A stretch of DNA of 64,000 bases from Macrostomum lignano (taxonomy: Eukaryota), in assembly GCA_002269645.1 (NCBI GenBank), contig NIVC01002751.1, positions 62,001-126,000 of the forward strand, given 5' to 3'. Shown here piece by piece: positions 24,169-36,094 of this stretch. The translations under genes and the position numbers were made by a program. The notes under the pieces were generated by a model. That model saw nothing but the letters and a program-made list of their open reading frames with translations, was not told the DNA's origin and searched no databases. The stretch's first letter is position 1; each line of letters starts with the position of its first letter.

Positions 24169-25059
24169 ATTATGGATAGGTTCTTACGGGAGCACGAGAA
24201 TTTCCCACAGGAAGAAAAACCCTACGGGAAAACCTCGCCGGGAAAAATTCTCACGGGAAATTCTCATAGACCCGTTCTTAACTACAGCCACAAACTTACA
24301 TGCTACATTCGCGTGTAGCCTTATCTTCAGTTAGGCTTGGCCATAGGACAGTGCTTTTAAACGAGTCACATACTTTTTTTACAATGAGTAAGTGATTAAG
24401 TTGTCCTTGAAGTATTTGTTCTTTGTATGGTTAAAATTCACTGAAAAAAAGTTCTTTAACGTGTCAGCCTGATTATTGAGCGTTTGTTTTAAACAAACAA
24501 CTTGTTCTCTGCAAACACTGTGCATTAATAATCTGTAGGCAAAAGTATCAATTTATATTTGGAAACGCCGTCGTAGTAGATAATCTATAATTTAGATAAT
24601 CCTTTGGTTCTGTCTGCTACTTAAAGCGTGGCTTGATTAACATTCAATTTGGCAACGGCTAGCAATCACAATTTTAGTTTCTAAAATGTTTTATCAACTT
24701 GCACTCGTTTAAAGGTTACAATTGACCGTGTAAATTCATCGCCATTGCTAGCAGATTTTTTAATTTACATGTATTTTTATTAGGTACCACGTTCTTCTTT
24801 CCCGCTCTGGTTTTGCTATGCATTTTATTCACTTTTAAATAATTACTATGCCTAATGCTGTTATCTCTGATATGTCTCGGAAATAGTTTGTTGCAATCGT
24901 TGTAATATTCATTTGTACTGCGATCTCATTTCATTGAGTATATTATCATCTGTGTGTATTATCTGCATCGTTTCTCCGTGTATTTAACATGAATGCTGGG
25001 TAATTTAAATTTTCAATTTCGTAATAATGTCCAAAGTATTAAGGTAGTTAAGGGACTGA

Positions 25060-25420
25060 GGGACCAGTGTTGAGCAAGCGGTAGAAGCCACACTGAGAGA
25101 CCCCGTGGTGTTGAGTAAGCGGTAGAAGCCACACTGAGAGACCCCGTGGTGTTGAGTAAGCGGTAGAAGCCACACTGGGGGACCCGTGATATTGAGTAAG
25201 CGGTAGAAGCCACACTGGGGGACCCGTGATATTGAGTAAGCGGTAGAAGCCACACTGGGGGACCCGTGATATTGAGTAAGCGGTAGAAGCCACACTGGGG
25301 GACCCGTGATATTGAGTAAGCGGTAGAAGCCACACTGGGGGACCCGTGATATTGAGTAAGCGGTAGAAGCCACACTGGGGGACCCGTGATATTGAGTAAG
25401 CGGTAGAAGCCACACTGAAG
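25060..25420. repeat. 40-bp tandem repeat, ~9 copies, just upstream of SMARCD
   Basis: Unit ATTGAGTAAGCGGTAGAAGCCACACTGGGGGACCCGTGAT. Confidence 0.95.
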
Positions 25421-25510
25421 TGACTGGTCTACGCCATTTCTCTAATTGAAATTTTTATTTCCTAAAAAGTAGCAAGTTCTCTGCTCTCCTAATCGATAAA
25501 TGTGTTTCCA

Positions 25511-26077
25511 ATGCGTGACATGGTACCAACCCATTGCAGCCAGCAGTTTAACAATTCAAACAATATGCAGCCTCGTCCGGCATTCCCGTGCGGCCCGCCA
25601 GGCGCCAGCAGTCCCGGCCCTGCCGCAGCCGGCGGAAGCGGCGCACCCCCTGGAGGCTATCCGCCTATGCCGCCAGGCGGGCCGCCTGCCCAATATCGCC
25701 CAGGACCGCCGCCGCCACCGCCCGCTCAAGTCGGTCCGGCTCCGCCGCCGCAGCCGCCTCCGCCGACTTCAGCATCCTCGACTTCTTCGTCGTCGTCTTC
25801 TCGACGCGGCGGCGGAGGCGGAGGCGGCGTCTCGTCCCAGCAGCGTCAGTCGTCGGGCTACATGCAGCCGGGAGGAGGCGGCAGTGGTCCCTATCCGCCA
25901 CCCCGGCCGCCGCCACAGCAGCAGCAGCAGCAGCAGCAACAGTCTGGTATGCCGATGCTATCAGCTAAACGAAAGCGCCGTCACGCTGACCGGCTGCTGT
26001 CTGAGCGAATCCAACAGCTGGTGCCGGAATCTTCCAGCTATATGGAGCTGCTTAAACTGGAAAAGAAGCTGGACCAG
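25511..26077 (+). CDS. SMARCD: SWI/SNF subunit BAF60 (SMARCD), exon 1
   Basis: First ATG at 25511; P/Q/G-rich N-terminus, then KRKRRHADRLLSERIQQLVPESSSYMELLKLEKKLDQ; donor cag|gtacat. Confidence 0.9.
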
Positions 26078-26168
26078 GTACATTTTTACGTATTGATAAG
26101 AGTTGTGGTCCGTCTGGCTTTGGACTGCTGGTCGATTTCGCAAGCTCGGAATTTCACCTTGTCGTAGA

Positions 26169-26285
26169 TTCGAGCTTGGGGAGTTTCGAGCTTGGGGAGT
26201 TTCGAGCTTGTGAAGTTTTGAGCTTGGGAGTTTCAGGCTTGGGGAGTTTCGAGCTTGGGGAGTTTCGAGCTTGGGGAGTTTCGAG
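26169..26285. repeat. 16-bp tandem repeat in SMARCD intron 1
   Basis: Unit CGAGCTTGGGGAGTTT, ~7 copies. Confidence 0.9.
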
Positions 26286-26390
26286 TAAGTCTAACTCTGG
26301 TAATTAAGATTCAAAAAGTAACTCTACCAAGATAAAATACTTACCTGACTGTTATTATTTGATTGTTGAAATATTGATAAAAATGAAATG

Positions 26391-26496
26391 GAATAGACAC
26401 AACAGAGACAAGGGATTAAGACACAACTAAGTCAGGGGATATAGGCACCACTGAGATAGGAAATAAAGACACATCTGAGAGACGGGTAAAGACACG
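26391..26496 (-). repeat. Degenerate inverted copies (~4.5) of the 24-bp intron-2 minisatellite
   Basis: Units such as ATTAAGACACAACTAAGTCAGGGG resemble AACTGAGACAGGGGATAAAGACAC, the reverse complement of the intron-2 unit. Confidence 0.75.
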
Positions 26497-26638
26497 AGCT
26501 AGGCTATTAAGAGTGGCTTCTTCCTTTTTAAGAGGTACGGTGTTGGCAACTTAATATCTGGAGCTAGCAAAGAGCCCAACAGTTCTACTAATGTACTGAA
26601 GGCTGTAGCAACTCCCCCCCCCCCTCATATTAAACCAG

Positions 26639-26974
26639 GTGATTTTGCGCAAGAAACTGGCCATCCAAGAGGCCCAGAAGAAGCCGCAAAAGCTGCGCCG
26701 CAAGCTGCGCATTCTGATTAGCAACCAGTTCAATCCGGGCACGGATCCAAGCGCCGAGCCTGGCGGTCCCGAGCCAGTTGTCCCCAACTGGGAAGTTCGA
26801 GTCGAAGGCCGCTTAGTAGAAGATGGGGCCGGGGACTCGGCTAAAGCTAAGCGCAAATTCTCCAGCTACTTCAAGAGTCTGGTCATCGAGCTGGACAAAA
26901 CTCTGTACGGCCCGGATAATCACCTGGTTGAGTGGCACCGGTCACCTAATACACAGGAGACCGATGGCTTTCAG
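26639..26974 (+). CDS. SMARCD: SMARCD exon 2
   Basis: [12 protein letters not shown]...[12 protein letters not shown]...WEVRVEGRL...[28 protein letters not shown]...ETDGFQ; 336 nt, phase 0-0. Confidence 0.95.
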
Positions 26975-29015
26975 GTGTGTCTTTATCCCCTGTCTCGGTT
27001 GTGTCTTTATCCCCTGTCTCAGCTGTGTTTTTATCCCCTGTCTTAGTTGTGTCTTCATCTCCTGTCTCAGTTGTGTCTTTATCCCCTGTCTCAGTTGTGT
27101 CTTTATTCCCTGTCTCAGTTGTGTTTTTATCCCCTGTCTTAGTTGTGTCTTCATCTCCTGTCTCAGTTGTGTCTTTATCCCCTGTCTCAGTTGTGTCTTT
27201 ATCCCCTGTCTCAGTTGTGTCTTTATCCCCTGTCTCAGTTGTGTCTTTATCCCCTGTCTCAGCTGTGTTTTTATCCCCTGTCTTAGTTGTGTCTTCATCT
27301 CCTGTCTCAGTTGTGTCTTTATCCCCTGTCTCAGTTGTGTCTTTATCCCCTGTCTCAGTTGTGTCTTTATCCCCTGTCTCAGTTGTGTCTTTATTCCCTG
27401 TCTTAGTTGTGTCTTCATCTCCTGTCTCAGTTGTGTCTTTATCCCCTGTCTCAGTTGTGTCTTTATTCCCTGTCTCAGTTGTGTTTTTATCCCCTGTCTT
27501 AGTTGTGTCTTCATCTCCTGTCTCAGTTGTGTCTTTATCCCCTGTCTCAGTTGTGTCTTTATCCCCTGTCTCAGTTGTGTCTTTATCCCCTGTCTCAGTT
27601 GTGTCTTTATCCCCTGTCTCAGCTGTGTTTTTATCCCCTGTCTTAGTTGTGTCTTCATCTCCTGTCTCAGTTGTGTCTTTATCCCCTGTCTCAGTTGTGT
27701 CTTTATTCCCTGTCTTAGTTGTGTCTTCATCTCCTGTCTCAGTTGTGTCTTTATCCCCTGTCTCAGTTGTGTCTTTATTCCCTGTCTCAGTTGTGTTTTT
27801 ATCCCCTGTCTTAGTTGTGTCTTCATCTCCTGTCTCAGTTGTGTCTTTATCCCCTGTCTCAGTTGTGTCTTTATCCCCTGTCTCAGTTGTGTCTTTATCC
27901 CCTGTCTCAGTTGTGTCTTTATCCCCTGTCTCAGCTGTGTTTTTATCCCCTGTCTTAGTTGTGTCTTCATCTCCTGTCTCAGTTGTGTCTTTATCCCCTG
28001 TCTCAGTTGTGTCTTTATCCCCTGTCTCAGTTGTGTCTTTATCCCCTGTCTCAGTTGTGTCTTTATTCCCTGTCTCAGTTGTGTTTTTATCCCCTGTCTT
28101 AGTTGTGTCTTCATCTCCTGTCTCAGTTGTGTCTTTATCCCCTGTCTCAGTTGTGTCTTTATCCCCTGTCTCAGTTGTGTCTTTATCCCCTGTCTCAGTT
28201 GTGTCTTTATCCCCTGTCTCAGCTGTGTTTTTATCCCCTGTCTTAGTTGTGTCTTCATCTCCTGTCTCAGTTGTGTCTTTATCCCCTGTCTCAGTTGTGT
28301 CTTTATCCCCTGTCTCAGTTGTGTCTTTATCCCCTGTCTCAGTTGTGTCTTTATCCCCTGTCTCAGTTGTGTCTTTATTCCCTGTCTCAGTTGTGTCTTT
28401 ATCCCCTGTCTCAGTTGTGTCTTTATCCCCTGTCTCAGTTGTGTCTTTATCCCCTGTCTCAGTTGTGTCTTTATTCCCTGTCTCAGTTGTGTCTTTATCC
28501 CCTGTCTCAGTTGTGTCTTTATCCCCTGTCTCAGTTGTGTCTTTATCCCCTGTCTCAGTTGTGTCTTTATTCCCTGTCTCAGTTGTGTTTTTATCCCCTG
28601 TCTTAGTTGTGTCTTCATCTCCTGTCTCAGTTGTGTCTTTATCCCCTGTCTCAGTTGTGTCTTTATCCCCTGTCTCAGTTGTGTCTTTATCCCCTGTCTC
28701 AGTTGTGTCTTTATCCCCTGTTTCTGTTGTGTTTTTATCCCTTGTCTCAGTTGTGTCTTTATCCCCTGTTTCTGTTGTGTTTTTATCCCTTGTCTCAGTT
28801 GTGTCTTTATCCCCTGTTTCTGTTGTGTTTTTATCCCTTGTCTCAGTTGTGTCTTTATCCCCTGTCTCAGTTGTGTCTTTATTCCCTGTCTCAGTTGTGT
28901 TTTTATCCCCTTTCTTAGTTGTGTCTTTATCCCCTGTCTCAGTTGTGTTTTTATCCCCTTTCTTAGTTGTGTCTTTATCCCCTGTTTCTGTTGTGTTTTT
29001 ATCCCTTGTCTCAGT
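26975..29015. repeat. 24-bp minisatellite (~85 copies) filling SMARCD intron 2
   Basis: Unit GTGTCTTTATCCCCTGTCTCAGTT with recurring variant units; source of the spurious 866/558-aa ORFs and the N-terminal part of the 948-aa ORF. Confidence 0.97.
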
Positions 29016-29094
29016 CGTGACTCTCGCTATCCATATCTCAGACTTGAGCTCATTGCCATCAACACCGAATCCCGCACGCGAATCCCCGTGTCAG

Positions 29095-29793
29095 GTGAAG
29101 CGCCCAGGCGACAAGCCGGTGAAGTGCACGGTGCTGCTGATGCTGGACCAGCAGCCGCCGCAGTTCCGCCTGCAGCCGCAGCTGTCCCGCCTGCTCGGCA
29201 TCCAGTCGGGCACGAAGGCCCAGATTCTGCTAGCATTCTGGCACTACGTGAAGACCAAACGGCTGCAGGATCCTCAGGAGCGCAGCTATATTGTCTGCGA
29301 TACCGGCATGGCCGAAGCCTTCCGGCTCGATCCGCAGCAGCAGCCGCCGCCGCGGCTTCGCTTTGCCGACGTGCCTCAGCGCCTGCACCAGCTGCTGCTG
29401 CCGCCAGATCCCATTGTGATTAATCACCTGATCTCCAACGAGCCCGGCGCTAAGAAGACCGCTTGCTACGAGATCGAAGTTGAAGTTGACGATCCCTACA
29501 AGCAGATGGCGCACAGTTTCTTAGTTAACACGTCCAGCGCCCAGGAGCTGGCCATCATCGATGCAAAACTGTTCGACACCATTGAGCAGATCAACCAGAT
29601 GGCCCAGCACCGCGACTTCTTCAACCAGTTCACCGAGGATCCGCGCCAGTTCATCACCAGCTGGCTAGTGTCGCAGAAGCAGGACTTGAAGACTATGACG
29701 GATCTGGTTGGCAACCCCGAGGAGGAGAGGCGGGCCGAGTTCTATCAGGACAGCTGGCTGCACGAGGCCGCCACTCGGTACTTCTCTAGCAAG
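29095..29793 (+). CDS. SMARCD: SMARCD exon 3 (SWIB/MDM2 domain)
   Basis: VKRPGDKPVKCTVLLML...QILLAFWHYVKTKRLQDPQER...LLPPDPIVINH...ACYEIEVEVDD...NPEEERRAEFY; donor aag|gtgaga. Confidence 0.96.
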
Positions 29794-29883
29794 GTGAGAG
29801 ACTCTCGGAATTGTGCATTCTAGTGCAGTTTTGAATCAGCTTGAAGTCTCCAGTTTCTCTGCATTTTAACTTTACACTTTCAG

Positions 29884-29931
29884 GTAACTCAGCGTCGCCA
29901 GGAACTTGAGCACGCTCTCGGAATTCACTAA
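29884..29931 (+). CDS. SMARCD: SMARCD last exon
   Basis: tttcag|VTQRRQELEHALGIH*, matching VQQRRQELEQALGI; AATAAA near 29980. Confidence 0.9.
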   Translation, partial: VTQRRQELEHALGIH

Positions 29932-32900
29932 CAATCTCCTTAGTCTCTTCGGCAATCTGTAACTTTAATTTTATTAAATAATAAACAGTTGAGCCGACCT
30001 GTTTTCTCTGCGTGTTGAAATTTTATTCTTATCCTATTTATCGCTTAATTATCGCTTTTCTTGTTGTTGCACCAGCTATGTTTTACAAGCAAGTTAATTA
30101 TAATTAATACTGTTTTTCCCAGTGCTGTATATGTTGCAATATCTTCTTGTGTGTTTAATCAATCGTACATGCGTCCTTGTTACCTTAATTTTTATATAAT
30201 TTATCATAATCGGTAAAACCGTGCTCGTAGCAACATCTCCGCTATAGAAGTCTAGTAGTTTGTTATTAATTTTAATTTCTGTAAAATATCGTTTACAATT
30301 TTGTTTATTATAATCTAGTATGTATTTCATGTTACAAAAATTAATTACAACTAATCAACGTTATGCAATTTATGCGTTTCATTATCACTAAATATTTAAC
30401 AACTAAATAACATTTGTTTTAAAATATACCAGCCACTTATAATAACTCAGACTACATTTATGATTGTTGTAACCAAAATTATTACAATTCGATCATAATC
30501 GTTTTCATTGTTTTCATTATTGCAACCCGTTTAATTAAATCCGCTTATGGCAAACATGTGCAATGGTAATATGGGATACGTATATGGTGTATGGTCCTAT
30601 ATACTTATGTGAGTTCAAGTACATGTATCCCTGTCTATAATACAAATGTCCTTATACATGTATATTGTCTAGCAAGTGTTCAGTTACATGCTTGAGCTAG
30701 TTTTATTTGCTTCATAAAGCATGATCGTAACTTCATAAGTATCATGATCTAATCAGCTACGTAGGGAACATGTAGTTGGAAGTGCCCAATAATAAATCAT
30801 TGGTTGCGGGTATGACCAGGCAGTGAGCAGGGCAGAGTAAGAAAATAAAAAATACAGCTAGCTTTGTCTATCGGACATATTTTGGTTTTTTCCGACTGCA
30901 CAAAGTACTTCCGACTTTAACGAATAACTGTAACGAATGATGTTTCAAGTGCCAAGTTCTATCTCCTCCGATTCAGAGGTTTGAAAATTAAGCATTTAAA
31001 CAAAATCATATAGTTTCTTTTAATATTAAATTAGGATTTAAGCTTGAAAGCTTTTAAGCAAAAAAATGTTTTAAAATGGTTTACCAAATATTTTTGTGCA
31101 CTGCAACACTAAATATCTATATTTTTTTCGCCTACATTATAGAATTTAAATTGTGGGATAATTGTAACACAGTTTTTAAATAATTAATTGTCTTGGAAAA
31201 TGCATCACGCGTATTTTAGTTCCAGGTTCTACATTTTATATGGAGAATGACAAACACAGACTACAAAAAAGCAAAAAATGTAGAATTTCTGATTAAAAAA
31301 TTAAATTTACCAAGCTTTTCAAAACTTTGTGTGAAAAATGTAGCTGAACGCCACAAAGTAAATAAGCAGTAAAGCAGGAGGAACATCGACATAAACATGA
31401 GGAATGTACACAATGGCAATGCCAGTAAGGCAATTGTTAAATGTTATCGATTTAAATTAGGAATCTAAAACATAGGAGTTTTTTAAAACTAGAATACAAG
31501 TGCTGATCTTAGACTCAGGAAATAGGAATATCTATAAATAAGTTACAATGCAAGTCCAAGTCCAAAATGGAAATATTTATTAGAATTAGTTTTTGCTAGA
31601 TTACAGTTCAATATAGTTTCATAAAGTTAGGCCTATATTTTATAATTTTCTTTATCATATTAATGATAGCAGTAGCTGCAGTATGCATTTAATTTATTTT
31701 CTGTTTGTGGTGTAGCTACAATTTTTTAGGGTGCTATTTACTTTGTCTTTAGCACTATCTACAAGAAAGATGAGGTATAAATTAGAGGTTTTTTCTAGAA
31801 ATTTTGGGTAGAGGGCAGGTCTTCTAGCACTCTGGCTATGCCACTGATTTTTGTTCATCTCTTAGTCAAAATATAGCAATTAATCTGGTCTATATCAGCT
31901 GGTTTTATTATCAATATTATATTATTATTATATGCCAACTAAAATTTAGTCTAGAGACAGACCTAAATAAGCATTAAGATGGCTTTACTAGTATATCTAT
32001 GTCCTAAGCTATATATTATACTATATTAGATTGCACAGGATGATGCTATTCTGAAGCTTTGCGGGAGGTACAATTGTTGTAGGCATTGCAGTTTAACCTA
32101 CCATTGGCTGAAAAATGCAAAAAACAGTTATAATAATTTAGAGTTGGAATCTGAAACCATGTCCATGTTGAATTAATGCTAAAATACACAATAGGGTGAT
32201 TTTTTGTTTATATGCCAATTACACACTGCTCATTAATTATGTACCATACTTGTCATGCTTGAATTGATTAATAATTCAATAGAATATGGATATGTATAAT
32301 GCATGTTAGTATAAAAGTTACAATATATAAAACTATGTTATATATACTAAATGAACTAATTAATTAAGGTCTAAGACAAAACAAAACTATGTTATCCTAT
32401 ATACAAAATAAGTTGAAAGTATTTTAGAAATAGAAATTTATATTTGAAATTGTAGAGATAATTCATGATTATTTTAAAATGAAATTTTTGTACCAAATGT
32501 TTATAATATTAGTTTGTTAGTTATATTGTTTATTTTCAAAAACTATATTAGCATAAATTTAAACAATAGATATATTTAATTAACTTATTCTAAGTTTATT
32601 TATTTAATCCTTTCATTCTGAATTGTGCCAATAGTCAAATAGCCTAATACTACTTTGTATATATGCCAATCAATATTTGCAATTCTGATCAATGTATATT
32701 CATATATCCAAGGTTAAAGCAGACAATGTGCATATATGCATGATCTACAATATTATATATTATATGTCCTTATTATTCCTTTTATTCTACTCAAATATTG
32801 ACCATTTTCAAGATCATGGCATCATATGCCAAATGATAAAATATGGTTTAAACAACTATACTAAAATAAAAAATCTATACTACTACGGAAACTATTAGAA

Positions 32901-33099
32901 AATGTACTAATCTTTGCTACTTCTATCTAGTATGTATTTTACATGGATACCAACTATTCTACTTGGAACTTCTACTTATACTCTGTATAAAATATTCTCA
33001 AAAATTCATCTTAGGCTATAATTTTAGAGCCATAGTTTAAGACTTTATTTTTTCTTCTCTGACAGTTCTAAAGGAAAATTTAATTTATGCAGCATAATT

Positions 33100-33454
33100 A
33101 TGCTTGGCAACGCTCCAGCAAGACGCAGCCAGTATTTGGCAATGCCAGCTGTTAAGGAAGCCAGCCGCCTGTCTAGTGGCTCATCGCCGCAGCATCAGCA
33201 GCAGCAGCAGCAGGAGGTCAGCAGTAGCGCCAGCGGCAGCAGTAGCAGCAGCAAGGACCATCCCGACGCTCCTGTGATTGTTGGCAGCGGCGGAGGCGGC
33301 GGTCATTTCAGCACCTGGAATCCGCCGCTACTCCAACTGAGCCCAGCACTGAGTCCAGCCCCTTCTCAGCCACTGCTGCCGTTGCCTCCACCTCCGCCGC
33401 CTCCTCCCTATGACCTGCGCGAGAGGCCGCGGCGCCGTCACCTGTCAAGCCTTG
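33100..33454 (+). CDS. RNF38: RNF38/RNF44-like E3 ligase, first coding exon A
   Basis: ATG at 33100, Q/S/P-rich; donor g|gtgagg, phase 1, fits the acceptor at 37012. Confidence 0.6.
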
Positions 33455-34438
33455 GTGAGGATTTAAGAAAAAATGAAATTCAGGAAATACATTGAGAAGC
33501 GCTTGAAGTTGTTGCGTAACTGGCTGCAATGTTTTTGTTCCATTTTTCCATCTGGAATTCTTTTCTCTCAGCTCAGCTCCGACTCGCCCTCTTTTTTTAT
33601 TCTATTGATTTCCATTTTTTGATTTCTTAATTTTTTAAAGAACTTTAGTGCAACCTAGAGGCTAGAGCCATATTGCATGCATAGAGCTTGGTTTTTAATC
33701 AATAATTAATGAAATAATTAATTATTCGGCTTCGGTTCCGATCTCTATTATAGCTGGGCTTCTCGTATGCCAGATAATATATTTTTTACTATATATATGT
33801 ACGGCCATATGCAGTAGAAGGCGCATAGAAAATCTGCCTAGCTCTAGCTAGTCCCCTGCAGCCTGCCTACCTACATCGCATTCAGTTCAGTTCTATTCAG
33901 GCCAGCCAAAGCCCATGCTTTCAGGCGGAGGCCCGGGGTCTTTCTCCCTCTCCCTCTCTCAACATGCCCTGCGCTGCCCCGTATAGCAGCCTTACATAGC
34001 CAGAGCTAGCGTTGTGCCGGGGCTTAGGCCCGGAGCGCTGCAAGCACGCATGCTAGATTGGGGGGGGTTTGAGGGCAGGGAGAGGAGACGGAGGATCGCC
34101 ACGGGGGGTGGGGAGATGCCTAGTCCAATTGTACACCACAGCGCGAGGGGGGCTGTCGGGAGAAAGAGGGAGATTCTGGGGAGTGCCTAGAGGGAGGCCT
34201 GGAGGGGCTTGGATGGAGCGGGGAAACCCTACACGCCTTGCCCAATCCCGCGGGCTCTGCAGTTTCGATGGGGAGGCAGAACGGAAGGATGCAATAGGCA
34301 TGGGGTCCTCTCTCCGTATATATTAAATAGAACACAGGGCTTGTGGAACTCCCAATTCCCCCCTTTAACTACGGTCCCTCCGTTGACCCGCAAACTTTTC
34401 CTCCCAAGTCCTTTGCCTTTATCCCTTGCATTAGTAAA

Positions 34439-34598
34439 ATGTCTATGACCAAGGTGGTGTCCCCGGACAGGGGGCTCGGTAACTCTCAGTCCCGCCGGTC
34501 CCGCCTTCGGCATCGGCGCCAACAACAGCAACAACAACAGTTGATGCGCGGCGATCCAGCGGCCTCCGACTTCTCGACTGGATCCCTTGAGGCTGTTG
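34439..34598 (+). CDS. RNF38: RNF38/RNF44-like, alternative first coding exon B
   Basis: ATG at 34439 (MSMTKVVSPDR...SLEAV); donor g|gtaaga, phase 1, also fits 37012. Confidence 0.5.
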
Positions 34599-34674
34599 GT
34601 AAGAGAGGCCACTCATTGTCATTGGGTGGCTGGATTGGTTGAAAATTTTTTGAAGACAGAGGAGCCAACTCGAG

Positions 34675-34890
34675 GGCGCCATGTATGTATGTCGGGCGAA
34701 TAGGGGGCGCCATATTCTATGCAGGCGAGTAGGGGGGCGCCATTATGTATGCAGGCGAGTAAGGGGGCGCTATATGTATGTAAGCGAGTAGGGGGCGCCA
34801 ATATGTATGTAAGCGAGTAGGGGGCGCCATTATGTATGCAGGCGAGTAAGGGGGCGCCAATATGTATGTAAGCGAGTAGGGGGCGCCATT
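34675..34890. repeat. ~29-bp tandem repeat with GGCGCC core, ~7 copies
   Basis: TATGTATG(C/T)A(G/A)GCGAGTAGGGGGCGCCA units. Confidence 0.85.
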
Positions 34891-36094
34891 ATTTGCAGTC
34901 ATACTCTGCAGGAGGAATTAGTAGTAGGGCCAGGTGCACCATCAGCTGTGGAAAGAAATGGTTGGCAGTCGATCAGTACAGGAAGCCAAGCTGCTTGGTT
35001 GATGTGCGTAACGCAATAAGTAGGGCTTCGTAATTCGAACTCCCACGAAGCTGGAACGAGCCCATTCGTGTTGTTGAGTCTGCCGACCGACTAATAAAGA
35101 GAAAGAACTGGAGAGTTTTCGGTGTTCGAAACGGCTGGACAAAATGACTGACGTCTCCCTGTGTGTGTCTGCCTTTGTGTGCGTGTGTGTCTGATTCCGG
35201 TGCTGCGTCCCGTGTTGCCAGGGCGGCTCTGAGTCTTCCCTTCTCTCTGTGTGAGCCGGAGGGCCCCCGCCCGCGCGCTAGACCTCCCCGTCCGTCCGTC
35301 CACCCGCCCATTACTTTAGTCCGCTTCTAAAGCCTCTGCTCTTAGTTGCCTAGACCGAGTGAGAGCGTTAGAGTGGCCCCGCGAGGGTGGTCCCCATTTG
35401 CGATACTGCTCCACTGGGCTTGGGGCTTCTCTTCTTTCCTCTCCTGCCTCTCCAACCCCCCTACTGCACCCCCCCCCCGGCCATGCGACCGGCTCCGCTC
35501 AGTCTCTCAGTGACTCACGCGGTACACGGTGGGAGCGGAGCTCCGGCCTGCAAGCTAGAAACGAGAGAAGAGAGAAAGAACGGAAAAAATTCTCTCCGAG
35601 TCGCTAGGAAAGGGGAAGAGGGAGGAAAGGGGGAGCTTTGAAGGCCTTGGTTTACGAAGAGAAGAGAAAACCCCGTGGAGGTTGCCACGCTCCCGGCCCG
35701 TGTGTAGCTCAGGGGGTTGGGTTGGGTAGACTCTACCTCCTCCCCTCTGCTGTCTGCCTGCTCCGGCCTCCGGCTGCTGCTGCCGCTGTTTCCCGCTGAG
35801 TCCCGAGTCCTATCCTCGACCCTTTCCTACTCTCTCTCCTACTTTGCAACCTAACTCTCCTTGCCACGTTCCCGCCTTTTTACATTTCCTTTGCAACCGT
35901 CTGTGTCTTCTTGCTTCTCAACTGTACCTCTTCTGATCTGGGATATAATTCTGAGTTCTGACTCAACTTCATCTAGGCGGGTGGGTTTCTAGCGTTACTA
36001 TTTCTAATGTTGTAACACTTCTAATAGATCATTTTGAACCGGGATTTCGGGATTCGGAATTGGCGGAGTGGCTGAAGGATTCGAATTAGATTAG

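Noticed and set aside
24180-24275. Small inverted repeat GAGAATTTCCC/GGGAAATTCTC with CGGGAAA motifs
   Set aside because: Probably a tiny MITE remnant; no TSD or second copy to support it.
26823-29823. 866-, 558- and 948-aa ORFs
   Set aside because: Read-through of the 24-bp intronic array; only the SMARCD exon portion (29095-29793) is coding.
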